Virus record (IMG/VR): IMGVR_UViG_2675903661_000019
Location: 1-12,930 of that record
Length of the DNA: 12,930 nt
DNA from: a virus
Lineage: Duplodnaviria > Heunggongvirae > Uroviricota > Caudoviricetes
Strand: one strand, 5' to 3'
Positions 1 to 7,674 of the stretch are shown piece after piece. Each line of letters opens with the position of its first letter. The first letter of the stretch is position 1. The notes under the pieces were generated by a model that was not told where the DNA came from, ran no database searches, and worked only from the letters and a program-made list of their open reading frames with translations. The position numbers and the translations under genes are program-made.

Positions 1-173
1 TGTCAGTTATCATCTTCGGTTACGGTTATCGGCAGAACGCCCTGCCGCTGACAAGAGCTTATTTGCCTGACCAATCTACTCCACATGATAGATAACTATC
101 ATTTATAACATTTCATTGATTAGTCTTTATTTTTCATTGCGTTACAAATAACACCCCAGTCAAAAACAGCGAA

Positions 174-197
174 ATTAACTACACCATTAACTACACC
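174..197. repeat. tandem direct repeat 2 x ATTAACTACACC
   Basis: Perfect 12-bp tandem duplication at 174-185 and 186-197. Confidence 0.6.
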
Positions 198-203
198 GTT
201 TCA

Positions 204-231
204 CGAACAATATCGAACAACCACGAACAAA
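204..231. repeat. three helically phased GAACAA repeats, second copy of the capsid-leader motif
   Basis: GAACAA at 205, 215, 225 (10-bp spacing); 17-bp identity with 7618-7634; preceded by a tandem 12-mer at 174-197. Confidence 0.6.
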
Positions 232-291
232 GATCAACACGCTTTAACCGTTATCATTTTCCGGCTATCCGTTATGAAGCTGGTGGATGTT

Positions 292-319
292 CCCCGATAT
301 GGGGATCCCCATAACGGGG
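292..319. repeat. 28-bp near-perfect palindrome
   Basis: CCCCGATATGGGGATCCCCATAACGGGG, centred on GGATCC, followed by a T7 run at 329-335. Confidence 0.5.
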
Positions 320-580
320 CTACCTGGCTTTTTTTCCGGTTAACCTTTAATCAGGCTGGTGGGCTTTACCTGTTTTGTAGGAGTGGTCATTCTGCCCGAC
401 CGCGCATTTTTGCGCTATCGGGCATATCAAACAGTTACCTCGCCGACTTCCTCAAATTGAGGTTTCCGAAAATATCAGCGGGTTAGCGATTAAGCTGACG
501 AGTAATTAAACTGCGAAAATTTCGTAGTTTGTGAATATATTCCGGCCTGCTGGTTAACAGTCCTCAGATGTGAGGGATGT

Positions 581-626
581 AGCCAGCGCAATTTTGCGCT
601 TTGCTTTAATCTCAGTAAGTTACCGC
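581..626. repeat. 46-bp direct repeat, copy 1 (contains GCGCAATTTTGCGCT hairpin motif)
   Basis: AGCCAGCGCAATTTTGCGCTTTGCTTTAATCTCAGTAAGTTACCGC; 45/46 identical to 717-762. Confidence 0.7.
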
Positions 627-716
627 GCCAATTTCCGCAGTCTGTGTAAATTGGGAAGAATCAACGGGTTAGGCCTTAATCATCTGCGTAAACATAAGTA
701 ATCATAATGATCATTC

Positions 717-762
717 AGCCAGCGCAATTTTGCGCTTTGCTTTAATCTCAGTGAGTTACCGC
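717..762. repeat. 46-bp direct repeat, copy 2 (overlaps 3' end of the 93-aa ORF)
   Basis: AGCCAGCGCAATTTTGCGCTTTGCTTTAATCTCAGTGAGTTACCGC; a third, shorter copy of the GCGCA-N5-TGCGCT core is at 402-416. Confidence 0.7.
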
Positions 763-1037
763 CGCAACCGTTCCGGCTTCTTCCAGTGGTACGTGATTTT
801 CTCCTTCTCCCGATACATCTCCACGCGGCGACGGTATGTCAGCAACTCAAGGACTCTGGTTCGTATGTTGCGCATATCCACGCCGTTAAGCTCAATACCA
901 TCACGGCGCATCACCTCAGCAACAACACGCGCATAATTTTCGGCTGTCACGCTGTCCGGCTGCGTGGTCTGTTCGTCAGCCTGCTGGCTGATTCCAGAGA
1001 CGCGGCGGATTAATCGCAGTATTTCGGCTTCTGTCAT
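756..1037 (-). CDS. hypothetical protein (93 aa) immediately downstream of large terminase
   Basis: Minus-strand ORF; ATG at 1037 lies 14 nt after the terL stop with GAGG about 9 nt upstream; basic C-terminus; last codons overlap the 46-bp direct repeat copy at 717-762. No family recognised. Confidence 0.45.
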   Translation of the reverse strand: MTEAEILRLIRRVSGISQQADEQTTQPDSVTAENYARVVAEVMRRDGIELNGVDMRNIRTRVLELLTYRRRVEMYREKEKITYHWKKPERLRR

Positions 1038-1050
1038 GCTGCTGACCTCA

Positions 1051-2712
1051 TTACACCCCGCTAAATTCTTCCAGTTTCTGGCGGTGGCTGTCGCTTATAT
1101 CAAAAGCAAAATCCTCATGCTCTGCCTGGAATGTACCAAACGCCATCAGCGCCGCTACGCTCGGGTCTATCTTGTTCGGTGATTTTTTCTTGTTCGGCTT
1201 GATATTGGCGTTCGCGTCACTCTGCATCACGACGTTACTCATCGACCAGGACAACACCGGATCGCCACGATGCACAATCACCCTGCGGTTAACAAAAACT
1301 TCGAACGATTTCGCCGCCGGACTGAATCTGAGGTAGGTTTGCGGGAACGGCTCCACCTCAAAACCAGCCCCCTGTAATTGCGTCCTGAGATGCGTGGCGT
1401 TCCACGTATCAAAGCCCACCAGCCTGATATTAAATTTCTCCGCATCCTGCATGATGTCATCTCTGATCCGGTCGTAATCAATGCAGTCACCTGGCGTTGT
1501 GCGTATCCAGCCCGCTTTAGCCCACTGGCGATAGACAGCGCGGTTTTTATTGGCGGGGTTCTGTAGCTGGAACTCCGGCAGATAATGACGGGAAACCAGC
1601 ATGATATTTTTACCGACCGGAAAGGCATAGCACACGCTGGAAATATCGCTGGTTGATGATAAGTCCAGCCCCGCGTAACACTCCTGCCCGTGTAAATCTT
1701 CCTCCGTGAACGTTCCGGCACACTCAGCCCATGCGCCGTTACCCATCCACGGGGTAGCCCCCTGGCACCAGATATTAAATCGCTTTGTCATCATCTCCAC
1801 CCATTGCGACGGAATACCCCGCGCTTTCTGGATGGTTGAGGCCAGTTTTTCACGATCCACGGAAACATCGATGTTAGGGTTAGCCTTTATCCACATCGCC
1901 GGATCATCAACCTCGTTTTCGTCGTCCAGCTCGTAAATCAGCACAAAAATTGAATCGTTGACCTCTTCGCCGTCCAGGATCTGGCAGCAATAATCATAGT
2001 GCTGTTTACAGGTTGAAACGACGTTACTGCCCGATGTGGTAATGGCAAATAACAGCCCTTCGGGACGTGCGCCCATCCCCAGCTCAAGCGCGGAATAAAC
2101 GCCGTTATCGGGGTGTAGGTGGTATTCGTCCACGATGGAAAGGCTGGGGTTTGTTCCCTCGATGGTTGCCGCTTTTGCTGCCAGCGGCTTTAACAGGCTG
2201 TTGCTTTTCGGGTGCATCACCTTGTGGGCCTGAATATTCACCCGCCTGCGTAACGGTCGGGATAAAAGGCACATCTGACGCGCATCATCAAAAACGATCC
2301 GCGCCTGGTCACGGCTCACCGCTGCGGTGTAAATATCCTGCTGCCCGTTCTCCATAATCAGAAACCAGTTAGCCAGAATCGCGGCGGTCGTGGATTTCGC
2401 ATTTTTGCGCGGCACTTCGATAAAGGCGCTCGTGTATTTGCGCCGTCCGGTGGCCTTAACCTTAAAGCCGAGGATGCACGCAAAGGCGAACTGCTGCCAC
2501 GGCTCCAGCTCAATGGGTCTGCCACGCATCGGCCCTTTTACGTGCGGGCACACCCTGGAAAAGGCAATAAACCGCTCCACAACCTCACGATCGAACGTGT
2601 AAAGGGGGCTTTCAAGGTCCGAAAAGTACCGTTTAACGGCCTGTTTCAGCCGTTTACAGGCCGGAATTTTGCCCGTTTTTACGTCTTCTGCGTACTTATT
2701 CCAGGCGGTCAA
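1051..2712 (-). CDS. terL: terminase large subunit (HK97-like, Terminase_1 type)
   Basis: 553-aa ORF; deviant Walker A-like PRKNAKST and Walker B-like LSIVDEYH near the N-terminus, long C-terminal nuclease-size region; apparent TTG start at 2712 with AGAGGA about 5 nt upstream; overlaps terS 3' end by 17 nt. Confidence 0.85.
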   Translation of the reverse strand: MTAWNKYAEDVKTGKIPACKRLKQAVKRYFSDLESPLYTFDREVVERFIAFSRVCPHVKGPMRGRPIELEPWQQFAFACILGFKVKATGRRKYTSAFIEVPRKNAKSTTAAILANWFLIMENGQQDIYTAAVSRDQARIVFDDARQMCLLSRPLRRRVNIQAHKVMHPKSNSLLKPLAAKAATIEGTNPSLSIVDEYHLHPDNGVYSALELGMGARPEGLLFAITTSGSNVVSTCKQHYDYCCQILDGEEVNDSIFVLIYELDDENEVDDPAMWIKANPNIDVSVDREKLASTIQKARGIPSQWVEMMTKRFNIWCQGATPWMGNGAWAECAGTFTEEDLHGQECYAGLDLSSTSDISSVCYAFPVGKNIMLVSRHYLPEFQLQNPANKNRAVYRQWAKAGWIRTTPGDCIDYDRIRDDIMQDAEKFNIRLVGFDTWNATHLRTQLQGAGFEVEPFPQTYLRFSPAAKSFEVFVNRRVIVHRGDPVLSWSMSNVVMQSDANANIKPNKKKSPNKIDPSVAALMAFGTFQAEHEDFAFDISDSHRQKLEEFSGV

Positions 2713-3052
2713 GCTCGTCCTCTTCTTCTGTTTCCGGTGGATTTTTACGGCGGCTTATCGGGTCAAAACCGAGCAAGGAGGCCATTTTTATCATCACTCT
2801 TTCAGCGTCGGATTTTGCGCTTAATGCGGGGTTTCTGCTCTCGCCGCCCTGACTGTTAACAATGATGAACCCGCGCGCCGCAAGGTCTGCAACGGCTTTC
2901 CGGTAAATGGAGTAGTTGACACAATACAGTTCCAGATTGCTCCAGTCGGCGGGGGTCAGGTCTCCCCGTTCCGCAAGCTGCCGCGATTTTTCCCGCCACT
3001 GCTTCACGGCGATATCATCCAGGTAGGCGGGGGCTTTCGGTGGTCTTGCCAT
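2696..3052 (-). CDS. terS: terminase small subunit (P27-like)
   Basis: 118-aa ORF directly upstream of and overlapping terL; N-terminal MARPPKAP and acidic C-terminal tail typical of P27-family small terminases paired with HNH and HK97-type TerL. Confidence 0.75.
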   Translation of the reverse strand: MARPPKAPAYLDDIAVKQWREKSRQLAERGDLTPADWSNLELYCVNYSIYRKAVADLAARGFIIVNSQGGESRNPALSAKSDAERVMIKMASLLGFDPISRRKNPPETEEEDELDRLE

Positions 3053-3120
3053 GCTTATTTTTTCGCCAGATTATTTTTCAAAAAATTCCCGTGCATAAAA
3101 ATTTGAGGAGGCGTTCGGTT

Positions 3121-3170
3121 CTGGGCGGGGTCGGGTTCGTCCTGAAAACTCCCCCCACCCCGTCCGGCTG
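3121..3170. other. candidate cos site region between HNH and terS
   Basis: GC-rich imperfect dyad GGGCGGGGTCGGG ... CCCCCCACCCCG inside the 289-bp non-coding gap between HNH stop (3342) and terS start (3052), the usual cos position in HNH-dependent cos-type HK97-like modules. Confidence 0.3.
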
Positions 3171-3341
3171 CCTCATCAGCGATTGCGGAAACATTCCATA
3201 ACCTCGCGGTCACGGTCGTTTAATCGCGTCGCTGTGATGCGTTCTGCGCGTCCTGATGCTTTATCTTTATGCCCTGTTTCCTGTGCCTTCCATGCGTCAC
3301 GCTGCCTTATAAGTCCACGGATAAGGCGGTTTTGTTCCCGC

Positions 3342-3782
3342 TCATTCATCAGCGCCATACATCCAGTTATTGCGGTTAGCGGCCCGTTCTTCCTCCTCAC
3401 GGAATCCACCCGCAGCACGCTTGTTTTTTGTGGACGGATCAAGCCATTTCGTTTTCTGGTTATGACACGCCTGGCACAATGGCTGATGATTCCACTCAGG
3501 CCAGAAGAGAACATCATTACCGCCATCGATTGGGATAATGTGATCCACCACCACGGCGGGCGTGTATATTCCTTTTTCCAGGCAATGCGCACATAACGGG
3601 TTTTTACTCAGATACATGGCGCGGTATTTCTCCCACTGCCTCGTATACCCTCGCTCCCTGCTGCTGCCTCTCCGGCTGTCCTGCTGCTGGCGTGCGCTGC
3701 GTCTGTGCTCCTCACACTTGCCGGACTTCACGCGCCTGTTGCAGCCTGGTTCTGTACATCGTCTTAATGGTTGCCACGGCAT
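3342..3782 (-). CDS. HNH endonuclease (packaging-associated)
   Basis: 146-aa ORF with Cys-rich N-terminus (CTEPGC, CEEH) and HNH core VVDHIIPIDGGND...LCQACHNQKT; sits upstream of terS as in cos-type HK97-like packaging modules; start overlaps stop of the upstream connector gene. Confidence 0.85.
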   Translation of the reverse strand: MPWQPLRRCTEPGCNRRVKSGKCEEHRRSARQQQDSRRGSSRERGYTRQWEKYRAMYLSKNPLCAHCLEKGIYTPAVVVDHIIPIDGGNDVLFWPEWNHQPLCQACHNQKTKWLDPSTKNKRAAGGFREEEERAANRNNWMYGADE

Positions 3783-4078
3783 CAGTACACCCCCACATCA
3801 CGGTAAGCCGTCCAGAGTGCGCCAATCGTCATGGGTACGTGTGTTTTTGCGTTATCCGCGACAATCTGGCGATTCTCATACAGGTGAGCGATAAACATCA
3901 TGCAGCCAATCTTTATGGCTGGCGTGAACTCCAGCCCGTCATCAAAGCGCCTGCCTATGTGTATCTGGCACGCCTCAAGCGATGCGGCAATGTATCCGCT
4001 GATTAACTGGTCTTCCTCGTCGCCATCGATGCGGCAATGGAGTTTCACTTCTTCCAGGGTGATAAGTTCTTCTGTCAT
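3782..4078 (-). CDS. head-tail connector protein, gp6-like
   Basis: 98-aa ORF beginning MTEELITLEEVKLHCRIDGDEEDQLISGYIAAS, the characteristic N-terminal signature of gp6-like head-tail connector proteins; ATGA start/stop overlap with the upstream gene. Confidence 0.75.
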   Translation of the reverse strand: MTEELITLEEVKLHCRIDGDEEDQLISGYIAASLEACQIHIGRRFDDGLEFTPAIKIGCMMFIAHLYENRQIVADNAKTHVPMTIGALWTAYRDVGVY

Positions 4079-4413
4079 TTTTCCGCGCCCTCACGACAAA
4101 GAATTTCAAGGCGTGTCCTGGCGGCATCCGGCAGCGGCTGCCCGATGATATTCAGTACACGCCCCGCCAGCGGCCCCGTATTGACCTTTATCCGGCTGGT
4201 GGCGTTGATGTCCTTCCGGTACCGTATCCAGATCCTTACGGTACCAATCGCCAGCTCTGCACCCGATGAAATGGCCTCCTTGCTGCTGACCATGTTCACG
4301 CTTGCCCAGAGTGTGTGACCGTCCTCCCACGTTTCGAGTATTTCGCCCGTCATGGCTCTGGTCTGTTTCAGGGTCTGAATCGTTACCCTGTCACGCAGTC
4401 GCCCTATGTTCAT
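4075..4413 (-). CDS. head closure / head-tail joining protein (gp7 or SPP1 gp16-like)
   Basis: ORF extends to 4455, but the internal ATG at 4413 gives MNIGRLRDRVTIQ..., the typical N-terminus for this family, and overlaps the portal stop as ATGA. IRYRKDI and LEILCREG motifs fit head-closure proteins. Start choice is uncertain. Confidence 0.7.
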   Translation of the reverse strand: MNIGRLRDRVTIQTLKQTRAMTGEILETWEDGHTLWASVNMVSSKEAISSGAELAIGTVRIWIRYRKDINATSRIKVNTGPLAGRVLNIIGQPLPDAARTRLEILCREGAEK

Positions 4414-5621
4414 TCCGGTTTTTCTCCCTCGCTGATTTTTACTTCCTGTTTCCATACCTGGCTGAACTCATCACCACCATCACGCGGAGACAACCCTTCT
4501 CGTTCGCGGGCTTCGTTCGGGCACATAACACCGGATTTGATGCCTCGCTCATAGGTGGCAAAGCGTTCGCCAGGTGTGGCCCGTAACAGGTCCGCGCTGT
4601 CAAACTCCACCTGATACCGGATACCAGGTACAGGCGAGACCACCAGCAAGGCGTTTTTTATCTGCTGCTCAAAGTTCGCCAGCCACGGGCGCATCGTCAT
4701 GGTGAGAAATGCGCGGCTTGCCTCGCTGAAATTGCTGTAGGTGCTGTTGCTGTATTCCTGCAGAAAAATCGGCGAGACGTTGAACATTCGGGCGATGTCT
4801 TCAATGGTGAAGCGACGGGAGGCCAGCCATTCGGCGTCCTGGTTACTCATGCCCAGCTGCTGGTAACTCATGCCCCCTTCAAGGATGGGCGTTTTTCCGG
4901 CGTTTCTGGCCCCTTTGTAGCGTTCCAGTGCGGCTAATGCCTGTTTGCCTTTCACGCCGTCCAGCCATTCGCCTGACGTGATAACCCCTGCCGCCATCAT
5001 GCCATCACGCATCACGCTCGCGCCGTGGCGTTGTTGGGCCAGCCCAAGCCCCAGCGATTCGCGGCAGATGGTTACAGGTGAGCGCCCCATAAAGCCGTCA
5101 TCCGTGGAGTAACGAAGGTGAAGTACTTCCCACGGTAAATAGTTGCGGGTGTTTCCGGTGTAGGCGTCAGTGATGCAATAGCGCCAGTTGTGTTCTCCTG
5201 TCTGCTCCACGTTCACCGACTGCGGCGGGTAAGGATGTAAAGCCGCCGGAAAACCATCACGCCCCCACTGAATCACCGCGTAAGCATTACCGTTTAACAG
5301 GCAGTGGCGGATCATCATTCGCTTAAACTGGTAGGGGGTTTGCCATGCGTTCGGGCGCTCGTTGAGGATATGATCGACCGGATGAGAATCAAGCCACTCG
5401 CGGGCCTCCTTCCCCTTCTCATTGCGTACCAGGTACAGGTAGCATGGCATAGTAGCCACCGCCTCAGAGATGACCGTGACGGCGTTCATGACGGCGGGGA
5501 GTGATTCCGCTGTCCCCGATGATACGTACTCACCCGCCCCCGTGTTCGATGTGCCAGCCAGCGCCATAAATTCATCAAGCGTCATGCTGCGCTGCTCTTT
5601 TTTTCTTCTGAAAGGCCACAT
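4410..5621 (-). CDS. portal protein (HK97 family)
   Basis: 403-aa ORF, size and sequence character of HK97-type portals; ATG at 5621 is 1 nt after the protease stop and preceded by GGGGGTG; lies between protease and connector genes. Confidence 0.85.
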   Translation of the reverse strand: MWPFRRKKEQRSMTLDEFMALAGTSNTGAGEYVSSGTAESLPAVMNAVTVISEAVATMPCYLYLVRNEKGKEAREWLDSHPVDHILNERPNAWQTPYQFKRMMIRHCLLNGNAYAVIQWGRDGFPAALHPYPPQSVNVEQTGEHNWRYCITDAYTGNTRNYLPWEVLHLRYSTDDGFMGRSPVTICRESLGLGLAQQRHGASVMRDGMMAAGVITSGEWLDGVKGKQALAALERYKGARNAGKTPILEGGMSYQQLGMSNQDAEWLASRRFTIEDIARMFNVSPIFLQEYSNSTYSNFSEASRAFLTMTMRPWLANFEQQIKNALLVVSPVPGIRYQVEFDSADLLRATPGERFATYERGIKSGVMCPNEAREREGLSPRDGGDEFSQVWKQEVKISEGEKPE

Positions 5622-5622
5622 A

Positions 5623-6180
5623 TCACACCCCCGCTAAATCCGCCCACCAGCGGCGATTATCCGCACGCGGCATTTTTTCGGGGTGCTGCTCATACAGGGA
5701 ACGGCGGGCCAGCTCCACGCCGGAATCGGGGTAAGCCGGTACGGATGTAACGGTAATTTCGTACAGTTCCGCCACCAGCACGGTGCGCACGCATGGATCT
5801 GTTGTGGTATCCCATACATCCTTACGGGAACGAAAGCCAAAGCTCATGCCGGATATATCACCACGTTTAACCAGTTCGATAACGTCACGCCCTGTGCTGG
5901 TATCCGGTGGGGTAAGTTCAAAGCGTAACCCTGTGTCGTCCTCTTCCAGTTTCAGCGTGCCGGAACGGGTGCGCCCCAGTAACATGCTGTGGTCATGCTC
6001 ATACAGGCCGCGAACGTCATTACCCGCCGCAAGCCACTCAGTAAACGCCCCCCGCTGGAATTTTTCGTAAAACTCCCCCCATAACAGTTCCGAAAGGTTA
6101 TCCCAGCGAACAACGTAGCCTGTAAGCGTGTTGCTGGCGCTGGTGGTGATTTCCGATGACCGGATTTCCATACTCTTCAT
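5623..6180 (-). CDS. prohead maturation protease (HK97 gp4-like)
   Basis: ORF is open to 6294, but the ATG at 6180 has GGGTGA about 8 nt upstream and lies after the capsid stop. Protein carries LYEHDHSMLLGRT and GMSFGF motifs typical of HK97-family prohead proteases. Confidence 0.8.
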   Translation of the reverse strand: MKSMEIRSSEITTSASNTLTGYVVRWDNLSELLWGEFYEKFQRGAFTEWLAAGNDVRGLYEHDHSMLLGRTRSGTLKLEEDDTGLRFELTPPDTSTGRDVIELVKRGDISGMSFGFRSRKDVWDTTTDPCVRTVLVAELYEITVTSVPAYPDSGVELARRSLYEQHPEKMPRADNRRWWADLAGV

Positions 6181-6206
6181 AATTTTTTTCACCCATAAAA
6201 CACTAA

Positions 6207-6224
6207 AGGGGCTTTTTAGCCCCT
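6207..6224 (-). promoter_or_regulatory. GC-rich hairpin between capsid and protease genes (possible attenuator)
   Basis: Minus strand AGGGGC-TAAAAA-GCCCCT followed by an interrupted T-rich tract (TTAGTGTTTTA), in the 55-nt gap between capsid stop and protease start. Confidence 0.4.
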
Positions 6225-6235
6225 TCTGTATGCTG

Positions 6236-7393
6236 TTAATCGTCGTCCTGTGGCAGTTCCAGAATCTTGATCGCGTTCGAATCCACCACGCCACCGCCTA
6301 AATATTTTTGCGTGAAAATTTTGATGAATCCTGGTTCTGTCAGGTTGTCCGGTCTGGTGCGAACACCTGTTTCGTGATCAACGATGTAGTAACCGCGTTT
6401 AAAGTCGCCCAGGGCAATAACGTTATCCGGCATAAACTCCAGATATTCGACCGGAAGGCCCAGCAACGTATCAGGATCACCCGCCTGTAAACGGTCACGC
6501 CAGATGTAATCACCGTTCGCGTTCTTCACCTTCTGGAGTTTTGCCGCCGTCGTGGAGTTAACCACCCAGACCGCGTTTTTGCGGTATTTTTTACGTAATG
6601 CAAATTTCAGGTCGATCAGCGGGTCCGCAGATGTCCACGCCAGAGATTCGGAAGGTTTAATTACCTGCAACGTACCAAAATCACGCTCTTTGTCGTTCTT
6701 CTCTGCACGGGGTACGGATAAAAAGCCTTTTGCTTTTTTGTCACCGTCGCCCACAACCAGATCGCTTTCTTCGGTTTCCGTGAAGGTGTCGCCAATCTCG
6801 CCCGTCAGCCATGAAAGGATGTCCACATCGGAAAAATCCACGATTTCCTGCGTGGTGCGCGGGTACGCATAGACCGGATACAGCTTAATGCTCACCTCGT
6901 TAATCTGCGGGGTGCTGGTCTGTTCGCGTGCCTTACCCTCTTCACCGTGGTTAACGGTCGCACCGCCAGCGGAAACAAGCTGCTTAAACTCGTTGCTGCT
7001 GATTTTCTTCACGGTACAGATGCGGCGCATGGTGGATTCATCCGTCAGCATTCGCATGATTTCGGTGTTCAGTTCGGGGATAACGGTATAACCACCATCA
7101 GCGGGAACGCCTGTACTCAATGCGCGGGTTTCACCTGTCAGAATGTAGTGACGTAGTTCGGCGGGGTCAGTGGTCTGGCTGTTTTTGCCTGGTTTACTGC
7201 GCTCTTCGTCAGCAACGGCCTCAAGGCGGGAGATGTCTTTATCGAGTGATTCAGCTTTAGCGCGTAATTCGTCAAATTTTGCGCCCTCAGCATCGTTAAG
7301 ACTGCGGTTTTCTTTTTCCGCGTTCTCCAGCATGTCGCGCATCTGATTTTTAATGGCGGTTTTCTGCTGGCGTAATTCGATTATTCTCGGCAT
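6236..7393 (-). CDS. major capsid protein (HK97 fold) with N-terminal coiled-coil delta/scaffold-like region
   Basis: 385-aa ORF; charged, coiled-coil-like first ~70 aa (EKENRSLNDAEGAKFDELRAKAESLDKDISRLEAVADEE) followed by a capsid-size body; ATG at 7393. Confidence 0.85.
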   Translation of the reverse strand: MPRIIELRQQKTAIKNQMRDMLENAEKENRSLNDAEGAKFDELRAKAESLDKDISRLEAVADEERSKPGKNSQTTDPAELRHYILTGETRALSTGVPADGGYTVIPELNTEIMRMLTDESTMRRICTVKKISSNEFKQLVSAGGATVNHGEEGKAREQTSTPQINEVSIKLYPVYAYPRTTQEIVDFSDVDILSWLTGEIGDTFTETEESDLVVGDGDKKAKGFLSVPRAEKNDKERDFGTLQVIKPSESLAWTSADPLIDLKFALRKKYRKNAVWVVNSTTAAKLQKVKNANGDYIWRDRLQAGDPDTLLGLPVEYLEFMPDNVIALGDFKRGYYIVDHETGVRTRPDNLTEPGFIKIFTQKYLGGGVVDSNAIKILELPQDDD

Positions 7394-7430
7394 AAAAAAA
7401 GTCCTGGGGTTAAGTAAGGAACTCCAGGAC
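7394..7430 (-). promoter_or_regulatory. hairpin plus U7 tract immediately upstream of the capsid start codon, sequestering the SD
   Basis: Minus strand reads GTCCTGG-(16 nt loop)-CCAGGAC-TTTTTTT-ATG; the only SD-like element (AGGA) lies in the 3' arm of the stem. Confidence 0.5.
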
Positions 7431-7483
7431 GCGGCAAAAACTCAACCGTTTTTCATAAGGGAATCAGCAATCGCACCGATCGT

Positions 7484-7531
7484 TTTCCCGCCTGGTAATG
7501 AATATTGGCGAGCACATTAACAGGCGGGAAA
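7484..7531. promoter_or_regulatory. 11-bp perfect inverted repeat with 26-bp spacer in capsid operon leader
   Basis: TTTCCCGCCTG at 7484-7494 and CAGGCGGGAAA at 7521-7531. Confidence 0.45.
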
Positions 7532-7603
7532 GTGGCCCCAGCGTCCTGGCACCACGGGCGAGAATAATCATGATTCAGTTCGGGTAAAATATGCCGATCC
7601 GCT

Positions 7604-7634
7604 CAGTGAACAACGTGGAACAACCACGAACAAA
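7604..7634. repeat. three helically phased GAACAA repeats upstream of capsid operon
   Basis: GAACAA at 7608, 7618, 7628 (exact 10-bp spacing); 17-bp core GAACAACCACGAACAAA (7618-7634) is identical to 215-231. Confidence 0.6.
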
Positions 7635-7640
7635 TAATTT

Positions 7641-7674
7641 ACAAAAAATAACAAAAAGCCGGATTGCTCCGGCT
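7641..7674 (-). terminator. intrinsic terminator after the 74-aa gene
   Basis: On the minus strand: stem AGCCGGA / TCCGGCT with 4-nt loop, followed by TTTTTGTTATTTTTT; lies 10 nt after the stop at 7685. Confidence 0.75.

Noticed and set aside
274-486. 70-aa plus-strand ORF in the left non-coding region
   Set aside because: No SD; spans the 28-bp palindrome and a GCGCA hairpin repeat; translation is low-complexity. More likely non-coding regulatory or boundary DNA.
1278-2602. Several 60-150-aa ORFs nested in or antisense to terL (1278-1721, 1378-1566, 1706-1936, 2067-2357, 2390-2602)
   Set aside because: All lie within the terL gene in alternative frames or on the opposite strand; their translations have the Arg/Ser/Pro-rich look of out-of-frame reads of GC-rich coding DNA.
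3176-3596. Overlapping 137-138-aa ORFs on both strands
   Set aside because: Both overlap the HNH gene in other frames or antisense; HNH has an unmistakable catalytic motif. The part extending into 3176-3341 lies in the candidate cos region.
6275-6284. tRNA T-loop-like GTTCGAATCC
   Set aside because: Lies inside the major capsid coding sequence with no surrounding cloverleaf; coincidence.
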